DNA of 64,000 nt from a virus (IMGVR_UViG_3300042561_001059:19535-83534), one strand, 5' to 3'. Shown: positions 35,117 through 45,377, counted from the first letter of the stretch. Notes: generated by a model from the sequence alone, not told the origin. Program-made: numbers and translations.

Positions 35117-36928
35117 TTAAGGCAAAATAATTAACGGTCCTTTGATAATAAATCCGCTGGTGCTACCAGAAACAACACCTGAGCATGTAATCGCTACTGT
35201 TGAACCAGAAGGCTGCGTAATATGAAGCGTTTGTCCCGTTATGTTTGTAAATAAACCCGCAGTTCCTGTAATTGTTTGACCAGATACGGTTCCGGTGACA
35301 CTTATACCAGAACCAAAAAATCCAGATCCAAGGGTAAATGTATTACCGGAGAAAGTAAAGTCTCCAGAAAAACTTTGATTTGCAGCTTGTAGATATTCAA
35401 ATACGCCTGAAGTACCTCTAATAATATTGCCGGTGATTGTTTGACCTGAGACTTGAGTTGTGAAGATGCCAGAAACACTGGTAAGAGTGGTGCTGTTAAT
35501 TGTGTTACCAGTGATCGTGTTGCCGCTTATCTGTGTAGTAAATACGCCGCTTACACCGCTAATCGCTTGGAAATTAATTGTTCCACCAGTGATCGTGGCA
35601 CCTGTAATGCTATTGAATCCAGCAGACTGACCAGTTAACGTCGTGAACTGTCCGGTATTGCCGGTAATTGTGGCACCTGAAATCTGAGTAGTGAAGACGC
35701 CTGATTGAAAATTTGCTATTGTTCCGGTAACGGAAGCACCTGAGATTTGAGAAGTAAATACTCCAGAAACTCCAGTGATTGTGGTGGCACGTACCGTATT
35801 TCCTGTAATGACCAGGCCGCTTAACTGACTGGTAAATACACCAGATACTCCTGTAATAGTTGTTGCATTTACCGTATTTCCGGTAATTGCGGCGCCAGAG
35901 ATTTGGCTGGTAAAGACTCCTGAAACAAAATTAGCAGTTGTACCGGTAACCGTAGTTCCAGTTACAGTAGTAAACCCTGCTGTATCACCCGTAATAACCG
36001 TGCCACTTAACCGAGTAAAAACACCGGAAGTGAAATTAGACGTGGTTCCTGTAACCGTTACTCCACTTAAAGTTCCACTGATATTGACGCCTGACGAAAA
36101 GAATCCAGATCCAAGTACAGAAAGATTGCCTGAAACGGTCAGGTTGTTTTGAACGGTATGGCCACTGGTAACCAGAGTTCCAAAGGTTCCCGTTGTTGCG
36201 TTTACTGTATTTCCAGTGATTGTGGCCCCTGAAATACGATCGGTAAACGTACCGCTAACAGCAACAACGTTGGTAAATCCACCGAGACTTCCGGTTACAA
36301 GCGTTCCGGAAACCTGGGTAGTAAAAACGCCTGATTGGAAATTAGCCGTAGTTCCGGTAATGGTTGTACCAGTTACGGTTGTAAATCCGGCCGTATTTCC
36401 TGTTAAAGTACCAAACTGACCAGTGGTGCCAGTAATTGTCGTTCCTGTTAACGTCCCACTTACCGTTACGCCAGACGTAAAGAAAGAGTTGCCGCGTGCA
36501 AATAAAGTTCCACTGACAGTTAAATTATTTTGAACGTTGTGTCCACTGGTGGTTAGTGTTTGGAACGTTGCGTTTGTAGCGTTTACATTAGTTCCGGTCA
36601 GCGTGGTACCACTGATCGTACCTGTGACTGTTAAATTATTTTGTACAAAAACGGCATTGAAGTTAGCAATGCCATTGACATTAGCAGCACCAAGGGTAGT
36701 TGTTCCAGTAACTTCAAGAGTGCTGTTGATTAAAAGTGGTCCAGTCAGTACACCGCCTGTGAAAGTTAAATATTTTGTATTTAAGTAGTTTGCAAATTCA
36801 GTTAAGGTAATTTTTTTATTTTTAAGCGTCGGGTCAACTTCGAATACGTGAACAATCGTCAGCAAATCGTCCTCTGCTAACGACCCGCCCTGAATTGAGG
36901 GCAATTCCGTAATCCTTCTATTTGACAC
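35117..36928 (-). CDS. Long T/G/S-repeat tail fibre shaft protein
   Basis: Many SGVFTxQISGxxITG / TGTT repeats. Confidence 0.75.
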   Translation of the reverse strand: MSNRRITELPSIQGGSLAEDDLLTIVHVFEVDPTLKNKKITLTEFANYLNTKYLTFTGGVLTGPLLINSTLEVTGTTTLGAANVNGIANFNAVFVQNNLTVTGTISGTTLTGTNVNATNATFQTLTTSGHNVQNNLTVSGTLFARGNSFFTSGVTVSGTLTGTTITGTTGQFGTLTGNTAGFTTVTGTTITGTTANFQSGVFTTQVSGTLVTGSLGGFTNVVAVSGTFTDRISGATITGNTVNATTGTFGTLVTSGHTVQNNLTVSGNLSVLGSGFFSSGVNISGTLSGVTVTGTTSNFTSGVFTRLSGTVITGDTAGFTTVTGTTVTGTTANFVSGVFTSQISGAAITGNTVNATTITGVSGVFTSQLSGLVITGNTVRATTITGVSGVFTSQISGASVTGTIANFQSGVFTTQISGATITGNTGQFTTLTGQSAGFNSITGATITGGTINFQAISGVSGVFTTQISGNTITGNTINSTTLTSVSGIFTTQVSGQTITGNIIRGTSGVFEYLQAANQSFSGDFTFSGNTFTLGSGFFGSGISVTGTVSGQTITGTAGLFTNITGQTLHITQPSGSTVAITCSGVVSGSTSGFIIKGPLIILP

Positions 36929-36981
36929 CTATATCAAGCCAGTGCGTTACTTATGATTATAATCGGCACAATTTTGAAAAC

Positions 36982-37284
36982 TTATTTTATTCTGATTTCA
37001 ATCTTGGGAAGATTTTCGGAAGCCACCTTCCATGCGAACTGAAAGCCTGTTACAATTCCGGTTGAAATACAAAGAATTAATAAAAGTTCTGCAACAGTCA
37101 GATTGCGCCTAACGTAAACAACTTGCGGGGCTGGTCCCAGGGGGCGTTGAATGCGTCCTTCTTCTAACAAGGTTTGTTGGATAGCAAGCTCTCGTGCTTT
37201 CGCCTTCATTGCTTCAAGTTGTTCAGGTGTGATCTGAGGGGGCAGCGGGGGCTGGCTGGTAGGAACTTGTTCTTCCATAATCAT
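36982..37284 (-). CDS. Small membrane protein
   Basis: Pro/Gln-rich N-terminus, one TM segment near the C-terminus. Confidence 0.6.
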   Translation of the reverse strand: MIMEEQVPTSQPPLPPQITPEQLEAMKAKARELAIQQTLLEEGRIQRPLGPAPQVVYVRRNLTVAELLLILCISTGIVTGFQFAWKVASENLPKIEIRIK

Positions 37285-37332
37285 GCAAAACGTTTACAAA
37301 AAGACTAGCATCTAAACAGATTAATTGTTGTA

Positions 37333-37818
37333 ATGACTCAAGGATTAAGAAAAGGATTGCTAGACATTGCACATGAATTGAAGGGAATTAGGAATATCCT
37401 TTCAAGTATGTGGCATTCACGTTACCAAGACGGAGAAACGGACCGCATCAATCCTGAAGTTTACGCAGATGAATACATCTCTACTGATGAGTGCGCCCGA
37501 AGGCTGGGCGTATCTGATCAGACGATTAGGAACTGGATTCTTACAGGAAAAAAACGACCGGATTCTGGCTGGGTGTACGGGTTACACTACATCAATATCA
37601 GTCCTGTCGGTGGAAACAAACAGATTATTCGTATTCCTTGGAATAATTTGATCCAAAGTTTCACAAAGGATACCATTCCTGGGTACAGGAGCTTTATGGA
37701 GAAAGATGTTGTCAAATATAGCTCTCAAATTCGAGAAGAAAAAGATTCTCACATCCCCAACCCCTCTGTTCCCAAGACTCCTGACTTTGACGACCCGGAT
37801 ATTACAGAGGAGTTGTGA
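37333..37818 (+). CDS. HTH DNA-binding protein (excisionase/MerR-like)
   Basis: YISTDECARRLGVSDQTIRNWI..GLHY. Confidence 0.75.
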   Translation: MTQGLRKGLLDIAHELKGIRNILSSMWHSRYQDGETDRINPEVYADEYISTDECARRLGVSDQTIRNWILTGKKRPDSGWVYGLHYINISPVGGNKQIIRIPWNNLIQSFTKDTIPGYRSFMEKDVVKYSSQIREEKDSHIPNPSVPKTPDFDDPDITEEL

Positions 37819-38276
37819 TGACGCACCGATTTGACGGCTGGTCTATAGAAGATGTAACAATTGAAAACTTCACGGATCTACTTCCGGCCTCCCTTTCGGT
37901 GCAAATAGAAATTTTTTTGCCTCCTTCTGGGTCCTTTGATACTCCCATCCTGCGCAGATACCTCGAAAACTTAAAAAATTATGAAGAAGAAGACCCTACT
38001 TTTGCTATGACACTAGCAAACAGATTGCGTGTGGCTTTCCAGGACATGGGACCAGATACAATCTGTGGTAAATTCCCCAACGCAGATTTGCCTTTGAAAC
38101 GTAGGCTCAGATGTGTTGCCGAATATTTGATTAGAGCCGGAGAATTTGATAAGCTTCGGGATGAGAACGGCAAACTAATTAAAAAACGGGGAATTCTCGG
38201 AAAACTTGTCGTTATCTACCAGCCGCTACCTAAAATGCGGGAAACCCTAGTTCGTCAAGGATTGATAAAGAAATGA
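37815..38276 (+). CDS. Hypothetical protein
   Basis: Coupled ORF. Confidence 0.65.
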   Translation: MMTHRFDGWSIEDVTIENFTDLLPASLSVQIEIFLPPSGSFDTPILRRYLENLKNYEEEDPTFAMTLANRLRVAFQDMGPDTICGKFPNADLPLKRRLRCVAEYLIRAGEFDKLRDENGKLIKKRGILGKLVVIYQPLPKMRETLVRQGLIKK

Positions 38277-38659
38277 ACCGACGCGAAAAATTGATTGCCT
38301 CTGTGATTGGTCCGGAGCTTGATCAAGATAAAGCAAAGATGCTGGATACGACGCTTAAATTAATCCTTGGCGATATGGGCCAGATGTTTTCTAAGTTCTG
38401 GGAAGCTGAAGGGCCTGGCGTTATGTGCTTTCAGCCTGAGCAAGTTGAGAAATCAATGTTTTATTTGACATTGAAAGAGCTTCACAGTGCACAAGAGGAG
38501 TGCGAGCGAGAAAATAATGGTGATCTTGCTGAAACTTTTGGGCGCATTCTCCAGGCTGCACAAAAAATTGACCCAGAAGAAAGCGCTGGTTACATCTTGA
38601 ACGACAAAGACGGCATTCGTTTTCTTGCTGTTGATTACAACAAGGTCTCTGAGTCCTGA
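38273..38659 (+). CDS. Hypothetical protein
   Basis: Coupled ORF (ATGA overlap). Confidence 0.65.
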   Translation: MNRREKLIASVIGPELDQDKAKMLDTTLKLILGDMGQMFSKFWEAEGPGVMCFQPEQVEKSMFYLTLKELHSAQEECERENNGDLAETFGRILQAAQKIDPEESAGYILNDKDGIRFLAVDYNKVSES

Positions 38660-39252
38660 TGGCTGCTTTTATTGGGAACAAATTAGTTGAAGACTATGAG
38701 TGGATCAGCTCAAGAGATATGATTGACTCTGCTCATCTCGTGATGGGTGGCGTTGATTTGGATCCGGCTAGTTCAACTAAAGCAAATGAATACGTCAACG
38801 CAAAAAAATACTACACTCCCCTTGAAGACGGATTAAATGAACAGGAGTGGTTTGGAAATGTTTATTTATTTCCACCAAAACACTCTTATTTCTGGCATAG
38901 CAAATCTCAACGATGGAAAATGACGCGTGGTTTGTCTCCTACGTTGACTTCTAGCTATTCCATTTGGTGGAGAACGCTGAAAAGAAAGTGGCTATCTGGT
39001 GAAGTTGAGCAAGGTATTTATTTTGCTAATGCACCAGACATGTTTATGTATTGCCAGGACATATTCGATCACCCCATTTGCATCTTCAGAACTCGTCCAA
39101 TGTTGACGCAACATTTTCACCACACTGGTGAAATAAAAACACGTACGACTTGTACTTCGTTTGCAATCTTTTTGCAGCCCAGAAGGAATGTAGAGGATGC
39201 CAGGCAACATTTTGTTGAAGTCTATGGCGAAATGGGTCGCATTCTTATTTAA
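38659..39252 (+). CDS. Phage DNA N6-adenine methyltransferase-like protein, catalytic motif altered
   Basis: EW..VDLDPAS..AN..DGL..W.GNVYLFPP (usually NPPY). Confidence 0.65.
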   Translation: MAAFIGNKLVEDYEWISSRDMIDSAHLVMGGVDLDPASSTKANEYVNAKKYYTPLEDGLNEQEWFGNVYLFPPKHSYFWHSKSQRWKMTRGLSPTLTSSYSIWWRTLKRKWLSGEVEQGIYFANAPDMFMYCQDIFDHPICIFRTRPMLTQHFHHTGEIKTRTTCTSFAIFLQPRRNVEDARQHFVEVYGEMGRILI

Positions 39253-39285
39253 ACAAGCTAAGATCTTAAAGCTTCAGTCAAATTT

Positions 39286-39873
39286 ATGAGCATTCTCTCT
39301 GATCGTGAAATCAAAGAACTTTCGATTGAGCGGGGGATGATCCAGCCGTTTCAGGATCGTCTCATCAATGAAAGTAATGGACGCAAATTACTGAGCTATG
39401 GGCTCAGTTCTTATGGGTATGACATTCGTTTGTCGCCCAAACAGTGTCTAATCTTTGGTCGCACGCAATCAGGTGATTGTGATCCTAAAGATTTTGATCA
39501 AAGTATTCTTCGTCCAGCCGAATTACTGGAAGATGAGAAGGGCCAATACTTTCTTTTGCCTCCATATGGCTACTGTCTTGGCGTTGCAGAAGAATACTTG
39601 GATCTCCCAGAAGATGTGACCGTTGTTGCAGTTGGGAAAAGTACTTATGCCCGATCGGGAATTCTCGCCAACATTACTCCGGCGGAGTCTACGTGGGCCG
39701 GGCACTTAACACTGGAGATCAGTAACTGTACTGGGCTCTTTAATCGTATTTATGCCAACGAAGGCATCTGTCAACTCCTCTTCTTCCGTGGCGAGAAGTG
39801 CGACGTGAATTATAAAATGCGCAAAGGTAAGTACCAGGATCAACCCAAAGAGGTTGTCTTCAGTAAGGTTTAA
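39286..39873 (+). CDS. dcd: dCTP deaminase
   Basis: ILSDREI, SYGLSSYGYDIRL, GKSTYARSG, LEISN, YANEGICQ, GKYQDQ. Confidence 0.95.
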   Translation: MSILSDREIKELSIERGMIQPFQDRLINESNGRKLLSYGLSSYGYDIRLSPKQCLIFGRTQSGDCDPKDFDQSILRPAELLEDEKGQYFLLPPYGYCLGVAEEYLDLPEDVTVVAVGKSTYARSGILANITPAESTWAGHLTLEISNCTGLFNRIYANEGICQLLFFRGEKCDVNYKMRKGKYQDQPKEVVFSKV

Positions 39874-40262
39874 GCAAAACCTCTAAAGGTACCAGAGAAT
39901 CGCTGGGGCTTGCGTGCGTAGCTAACGGCGCCCGTAGGCCCGGCAGTATCTCCTTGGCTTGGTAGAGACACGCCGTCAAGAACAGCCTCGTTCCTGGGCG
40001 TCCTACCCCTGATCTGTGGCTCATCAATAGATGCTCTTTGTCTGTATGCTCCAGCAGTCTTTGCTGCTGACATAAATTTTGCTACACGATCTTGTTGCCT
40101 GATGTTGCGAATATCAACTTCATCAGCAATGCGCCTCTCTTCTTCATCAAGACGCCTTATATCTGTGTCGTAAGCCTGTTCTGGATTTAAGTCCGAGACT
40201 TCAGCGCCGGAAGTACCAGAGCGCTGTCCACTGTTATATGTGGGGTCGAAAAATCTTGCCAT
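39870..40262 (-). CDS. Hypothetical protein
   Basis: ATG ORF with an upstream TAAAATAA box. Confidence 0.6.
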   Translation of the reverse strand: MARFFDPTYNSGQRSGTSGAEVSDLNPEQAYDTDIRRLDEEERRIADEVDIRNIRQQDRVAKFMSAAKTAGAYRQRASIDEPQIRGRTPRNEAVLDGVSLPSQGDTAGPTGAVSYARKPQRFSGTFRGFA

Positions 40263-40298
40263 GATATTATTTTAAATGAAGGAAACCCGAGGAAAATA

Positions 40299-40658
40299 AT
40301 GATGCATGCGGCGATGACACCAGATGCATTCTTAAATCAATTTGTCATTAATGACGAAGTTATCAATCGTTGCCTCTGTGAAAGCGACTTTGGTCAGCCT
40401 TTGGACAACGAAAAGCACGACGTTCCCCTTCAAGATATGTACAATAGGGGTTTAGTGCTCACACAACAAGGTCGTGAGCGCACAAACCTACAAATTGAAG
40501 GAGCAGAACGATGTGGTATGACGGGTTACATTCCGAGTATGGAACAGGGACTTGCGATGGGGGCATCACCCAAGCCGAAAGCATTAGTTTTGGATCTGGG
40601 GGAAGTGGACGAGGAGGAGATGGAGCAATCTCGCAAAAGACGTGGTTTGAGCCGGTAG
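40299..40658 (+). CDS. Hypothetical protein
   Basis: ATG ORF with GAGG upstream. Confidence 0.55.
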   Translation: MMHAAMTPDAFLNQFVINDEVINRCLCESDFGQPLDNEKHDVPLQDMYNRGLVLTQQGRERTNLQIEGAERCGMTGYIPSMEQGLAMGASPKPKALVLDLGEVDEEEMEQSRKRRGLSR

Positions 40659-40969
40659 ATTCGACACTGGACTCAATTGTCTTTTTAGACTCACCTACTG
40701 TTTTTTCTGGGTGCACGGATGGGTTTTGTCCCATGCCCACCCCAAAAATTGATTCAGTTAATCATCCTCCTCATTACACTTCTGGTCGGTTTGAAGCAAT
40801 TGACGTGATCGAGGATGCCGTGCAACACGCTCCTGATTCGGTTCTTGGCGCTCTCCAGTGGCAAACGCTCAAGTATCTGCTACGTATGTGGACCAAGGGG
40901 AACTCTTTGGAAGACGCTAAAAAAAGCATGTGGTATTTAAATCGCCTTATTCAAAAACTAGAAGACTGA
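40511..40969 (+). CDS. DUF3310-like protein (true start probably downstream)
   Basis: VNHPPHYT..EAIDVIE..KYLLR..KG..EDAKKSMWYLNRLI. Confidence 0.75.
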   Translation: MWYDGLHSEYGTGTCDGGITQAESISFGSGGSGRGGDGAISQKTWFEPVDSTLDSIVFLDSPTVFSGCTDGFCPMPTPKIDSVNHPPHYTSGRFEAIDVIEDAVQHAPDSVLGALQWQTLKYLLRMWTKGNSLEDAKKSMWYLNRLIQKLED

Positions 40970-41260
40970 AAACTCTCTATCGTCATCTTCATCATCCTCA
41001 TCATCTTCATCTCCTTCGCACATCATTGCCAGCTCAACTAATTCCAGTTGGGTTGGCAAATCAAATTCAAGTTCAATATTTTCATCAGCAAGAATATCCT
41101 TAACAGCAGCCCACTCGATCAAACGGCGCTGATAAAGGTTTAAAAGAGCAGCGTAAAGTTGATCCCAAGTCATTTCTTGGGCTTCCAGCTCTGCTTTACG
41201 CATTGCAAACTGCAATTGAAGCGGTAGCTCTAATTCGCGGGGACGAACTGTCTCTTCCAT
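40958..41260 (-). CDS. nblA: NblA-like phycobilisome degradation adaptor with acidic tail
   Basis: ELPLQLQFAMRKAELEAQEMTWDQLYAALLNLYQRRL parallels the NblA pattern (ELSLEQQF..QVQxMSxDQ..LVxLY); start ATG 41260. Confidence 0.7.
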   Translation of the reverse strand: MEETVRPRELELPLQLQFAMRKAELEAQEMTWDQLYAALLNLYQRRLIEWAAVKDILADENIELEFDLPTQLELVELAMMCEGDEDDEDDEDDDREFSVF

Positions 41261-41285
41261 TTCTGTTTGCTGATCTCCAAATATT

Positions 41286-41951
41286 CTAATCCCAAGAAGC
41301 AAACTCGGTATCGGTTTCTTCGTAGTCGATGTCTGATTCTAAGAAATGCTCCTTACTAAAACAGTTTGAGAACTCTGCCAAAATATAGGGATTGCTGTTT
41401 GCTTCCAGGTTTCTGATCGCCTGTATTTGATGTTTGGCACCCGAATAAGTTCTGAATGCGTTAAGCAAAATCTCACCAGGTTGACAAACAGGCTTCTTGA
41501 CTTCCAGGAGAAACAGGTGGGCTTCTTCTCTACGTCTATCTACCAGGCCGCCAATCACCTTGTGGTACGGATCAAAAATCCAATGGGTGATTTCTTCTGC
41601 CGCCTGGCCCCAATTTTCGTTTTCAATTGCGTCAATAATTTCACTATATAAGAATGGTTCCCATCCAATGGAATGAATGAAAGAAATAAGAGCTTCCTTC
41701 ATGGAAGGGTCAAGACCTAGATTTAAACGTGTCAGTTCATCATCGATAAGCTCTACTTCGTGAAGCAAATATTCAAGAGCTTTGTGTTGTGTACAGCGAT
41801 GTCCTTGTTTTACTGGGGAACCGTCTGGGTAATACTGTGTTCCATAACCAAAAGTATAGGGAGCGCAACCTGTGCTTACATCCGGGTATGCTTTTTCGCT
41901 ATACCCCTCATATTTTTTGATGATATTAATGGCACGCAAAAAATCGGCCAT
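41286..41951 (-). CDS. GH24 phage lysozyme
   Basis: IKKYEG..AYPD..TFGYG..ALISF..GLVDRRREE. Confidence 0.85.
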   Translation of the reverse strand: MADFLRAINIIKKYEGYSEKAYPDVSTGCAPYTFGYGTQYYPDGSPVKQGHRCTQHKALEYLLHEVELIDDELTRLNLGLDPSMKEALISFIHSIGWEPFLYSEIIDAIENENWGQAAEEITHWIFDPYHKVIGGLVDRRREEAHLFLLEVKKPVCQPGEILLNAFRTYSGAKHQIQAIRNLEANSNPYILAEFSNCFSKEHFLESDIDYEETDTEFASWD

Positions 41952-42000
41952 GGAAAGTACAGCAATTACTCTCCATAATAGTGTTAATTAAATTAAAGTG

Positions 42001-42129
42001 TTAACCTTTGCCTTGCCCTCTGGACTTTTTACGTCCATGAGAAGGTTTGGAATTCTGTCCTTGACCTTGCCTCGTGAGCTTGGGTTGTGATTCTTTTTTC
42101 TGAATCGTGTTGCCTTTTACTTTACCCAT
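42001..42129 (-). CDS. Small basic protein (below cutoff)
   Basis: MGKVKGNTIQKKESQPKLTRQGQGQNSKPSHGRKKSRGQGKG. Confidence 0.55.
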   Translation of the reverse strand: MGKVKGNTIQKKESQPKLTRQGQGQNSKPSHGRKKSRGQGKG

Positions 42130-42134
42130 TTAAG

Positions 42135-42437
42135 TCACCATTTTTCACGATTTGCCCAATAGGCAGCGGACATTTTTCCTTTGGCAATATTTTTGGAGTG
42201 CCTAGCTTTAAAACTTTCTCTGCGTTTGCGATATGATTCTGATTCACCTTCTTTTTTGGGACTGCCACTAACTCCTTGTTGGCCAAAGCGAATAATTTTT
42301 TCTTTTCCACTCTCACACGCTTTAACTACATGGGATTTTGTGGGGTGCCCAGGGGTTTTCTTTGGTTTGTTGCAAGGCATTGAGTCCTTGTGTAATTTTG
42401 CCGCAGTAGCAGCTTTTTTACGTTTATCAGGCATCAA
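42135..42437 (-). CDS. Basic hypothetical phage protein
   Basis: KIIRFGQQG..RRESFKARH..SAAYWANREKW. Confidence 0.7.
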   Translation of the reverse strand: MMPDKRKKAATAAKLHKDSMPCNKPKKTPGHPTKSHVVKACESGKEKIIRFGQQGVSGSPKKEGESESYRKRRESFKARHSKNIAKGKMSAAYWANREKW

Positions 42438-45013
42438 CCAAATCCCTTAAATAAAGAAGTGAACTCATCCAGGAAGCCTTGACCAGATTTAGATTTTCCT
42501 GGTAGTTCTTCATCTAAGTCAATTGTAAAATAACTTGTACTTGGCTCAGACGTTTCTTCTGTATCTTCTGTGCCTGTATCAAAGAAACTTTCAAGAGTCT
42601 CAAGAGAGGCATATGGGTTTTCAAGATCTAGACCTGTAGTTTTTAACGCTTCATCCCTACCTGCTTTTGTTAAGGCAATTTGTTCGGACCTATCTATATC
42701 AGGGAAAAAGTTTTCGTAAAACTCATCTTCTGTTCCCTGGAACCCAGAGGATTGAAATATTTTATAAAGTTCAGTATCTGCTTTAATTGTGGCATCAGGT
42801 TTGTAATCTTCTGGTCGCTCAATATAAGTAACACCCAAAAGTTCTTGGGTGGGTTTTTGTCTTTTTTCATTAAGATACTTGATGTTCTCACGGATTTCCT
42901 GTGCTGATCCCGTTCTTAATGCTTCAACAATATATGCGCGTAAGTCATCGATTGTTCCTTTGAAATCAGTAAGTCCATATCTTTTTAATACGTCTTCCCA
43001 TGTTGTCTTGTCGTCTGGATTCAAGCCTTTTAACATCTCATCTGCAAACTCTTCAGGCAAGAGGAAAGGTCCAAACACTAACTCAGTATTCTCAACTTTA
43101 TTTTTTACAGCCGGAAGAATATCGTTATAAATAAAGTCATTGATTTTACCAGCATTTAAATAATCTTCAGCGGAATCATACCCTCGCCCTTGACCTCTGA
43201 TCTGATAATGCATCTTCGCAAACTGCTCTTTATTATTAACATCTACACCAAAACGATACGCCTGAGAGGTCCAATAAGGATCTCCACGCTTTGCTGCTTC
43301 CCAATCTCCTTGAACAGTTCTAGCTTGTTCTGAATAAACTTCTTGCTTGCCAATGTTACCCGTTGGGTTGATATAAAAATCAGCATTAAAATAACGAGTG
43401 GCAGCATTTTGAATTTCATTAAGATATTGTGTTGCTTTAAGATCGGCAATCTGCTTGGCAGCGTTAGCAAGATCTTGTGTTTGAAATGGGTTCTGTTCAT
43501 CTTCTTTAACGTCAATGTAATCAACAAATTCGTTCATTGATTTCGATTGATTAAAGCGAGGAATCAGATAAGTATCTAAAAACTTTCTGGCAAACTGCCC
43601 TTCAATTTTTAAGTTTTCACTTGCCGTTCCAGCATCAAGACCGAGTTGTATCTCTTCGTCGTAACGTGTTTTCAACGCATTATCAAACCACTGTTGCCAG
43701 TTGTAAGTAACAGAGTTATTTATTCCACTGATTCCTTGGAGCGACTTCTCTAAAGACTCTTGTCCCTTGTTGCCACCAAGAAAAGACCATACGCCACCAA
43801 CTCCGGAATCGCCCAGAATTGAATTGGCTAGATCCTTGTTTAAATTTGTAATTTCACCAAAAGCACCAAAGCCCGAGAACATTGCTAATTCTTGTTCTTT
43901 TGCTTTTGCTTTCTTCATTTCAGCAATTGTTTCTTTTAAAACATCTTGCGTCAATGCTTTAAATTTTTTAACGTCTCTAAGTGTTCTTTCTCCAATTGCT
44001 AATTCAACTTCACCTTCTAATCCTTCGCCAAGCTGAAGATCCCTAGCTTGTTGCATCTCGAGATCTGTTGGTCTTTTCTCCGTATAAGAATTAGCAGCAG
44101 AGAGTTGTTCCGCTGGATTGGCGCGTCTATTCTCGTATCTACCAGTAGCAGTGTAATGATATAAATAAAAACTACCTTCGCTATCAAATCGACCAAGAAT
44201 ATCTAAGTCGTCATTTCTTGCTGCGTTACGCCAGGCATCAGCTACGTCTGGGTATGTGTTCCGGTAAAAGTTTGAATCAAAGTCTCCATAGGGTGGCTTA
44301 GCCCCTAAAGATGTGCTCCAGGGTTGGAGCTTTTCAGTTGAGTAGTATCTTTTGAAGTTATCTTCAATTGATCTTTTTAAATCATCGCTAACTCCCGAAA
44401 TACCTCTAATTAAATTTCTTTGCTGTACATAGTCACCGCCGCGAGTAGAGTTAACGGCTTGCATTGTACGATCGTAAGCCGCATTCTTCGCTCTATTTTC
44501 ATTTTCTTCCTTTTGTACTTTTTCATTTTCAACTCTATTTCTTTCATTTAAATCTCTATTTCGATTACTGTAATAAGTAATTTCATATGCTTTTTGATTA
44601 ACTGGATTTGCAATGCCACTTAAAGCGGACTCAAGATCTTGAGTTTCTACATTTCCTCCATAAACATTGGTGTCAACATTGACGCCAAGAGAGCGTAGAG
44701 CACCAGCAATAGCCCAAGTCGCCCCATTCCTATCAACGTCTCTAGGATCTACGTTAAACCTGATTTCTCTAGTTGGATAAAGAGGATTACCCGATTCATC
44801 AGTTGGTATTCCATAGTCTACCAATCTGGTAATCGTTGTCCCAGGCTGGTATGGGTCGTCTATAAATGAAAATGGAGGAGGTGAATCATAAACAGATACC
44901 GTCACTGGTATTGGCTGATCTGCCGTTGGATAATCGGTTCTTAGGCGTGGAATATTTTCCCGCTCGCGAATAACATTCCATCTGCGGGCACCAGCATCAT
45001 ATGAAATTCCCAT
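42434..45013 (-). CDS. Large putative virion (internal/ejection-type) protein
   Basis: 859 aa in the late region; FDSNFYRNTYPDV..HY and FNADFY..HY internal repeat. Confidence 0.55.
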   Translation of the reverse strand: MGISYDAGARRWNVIRERENIPRLRTDYPTADQPIPVTVSVYDSPPPFSFIDDPYQPGTTITRLVDYGIPTDESGNPLYPTREIRFNVDPRDVDRNGATWAIAGALRSLGVNVDTNVYGGNVETQDLESALSGIANPVNQKAYEITYYSNRNRDLNERNRVENEKVQKEENENRAKNAAYDRTMQAVNSTRGGDYVQQRNLIRGISGVSDDLKRSIEDNFKRYYSTEKLQPWSTSLGAKPPYGDFDSNFYRNTYPDVADAWRNAARNDDLDILGRFDSEGSFYLYHYTATGRYENRRANPAEQLSAANSYTEKRPTDLEMQQARDLQLGEGLEGEVELAIGERTLRDVKKFKALTQDVLKETIAEMKKAKAKEQELAMFSGFGAFGEITNLNKDLANSILGDSGVGGVWSFLGGNKGQESLEKSLQGISGINNSVTYNWQQWFDNALKTRYDEEIQLGLDAGTASENLKIEGQFARKFLDTYLIPRFNQSKSMNEFVDYIDVKEDEQNPFQTQDLANAAKQIADLKATQYLNEIQNAATRYFNADFYINPTGNIGKQEVYSEQARTVQGDWEAAKRGDPYWTSQAYRFGVDVNNKEQFAKMHYQIRGQGRGYDSAEDYLNAGKINDFIYNDILPAVKNKVENTELVFGPFLLPEEFADEMLKGLNPDDKTTWEDVLKRYGLTDFKGTIDDLRAYIVEALRTGSAQEIRENIKYLNEKRQKPTQELLGVTYIERPEDYKPDATIKADTELYKIFQSSGFQGTEDEFYENFFPDIDRSEQIALTKAGRDEALKTTGLDLENPYASLETLESFFDTGTEDTEETSEPSTSYFTIDLDEELPGKSKSGQGFLDEFTSLFKGFG

Positions 45014-45014
45014 A

Positions 45015-45377
45015 TCACACAGCCGGTTTCAATACTGAAGATTGGTAGTAACAGATATCAACAACTTCTTGTGACATCCATGCTTTTATTTTTTCCATCC
45101 TAACCTGAGTAAAGAATTCTTGCTGCTTGTACCACTCTTCAACCTCAGTACTTCCTTTATTGCTATTGCAGCGTCTACATGCAGGAATTAAGTTATTTCT
45201 ATTACTTGACCCAGACTTAAATCTAGGGACAATATGATCAAGGCTCGTTGCAAAATCTTCGCAATAAGCACACTTGCTTTCCCATTCTTCGTAGATAGAT
45301 TCTCTAAACTTTCTTTTTGCTAACCTTGGAGTTAATTCGACCAGCAGAGCAAGAGGCGCGTGCTCGTCATGGAACAT
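45015..45377 (-). CDS. HNH endonuclease
   Basis: CAYC..SLDHIVP..NLIPACRRCNSNKG. Confidence 0.88.
   Translation of the reverse strand: MFHDEHAPLALLVELTPRLAKRKFRESIYEEWESKCAYCEDFATSLDHIVPRFKSGSSNRNNLIPACRRCNSNKGSTEVEEWYKQQEFFTQVRMEKIKAWMSQEVVDICYYQSSVLKPAV

Noticed and set aside
28914-36928. Classical invertible shufflon or diversity-generating retroelement
   Set aside because: No reverse transcriptase, no template/variable repeat pair, and no inverted silent tail-gene ends; all tail ORFs are on one strand.
35117-36928. Repetitive DNA as a CRISPR array or non-coding repeat
   Set aside because: The repeats are degenerate, in frame and explained by the T/G/S fibre protein; there is no repeat-spacer structure.
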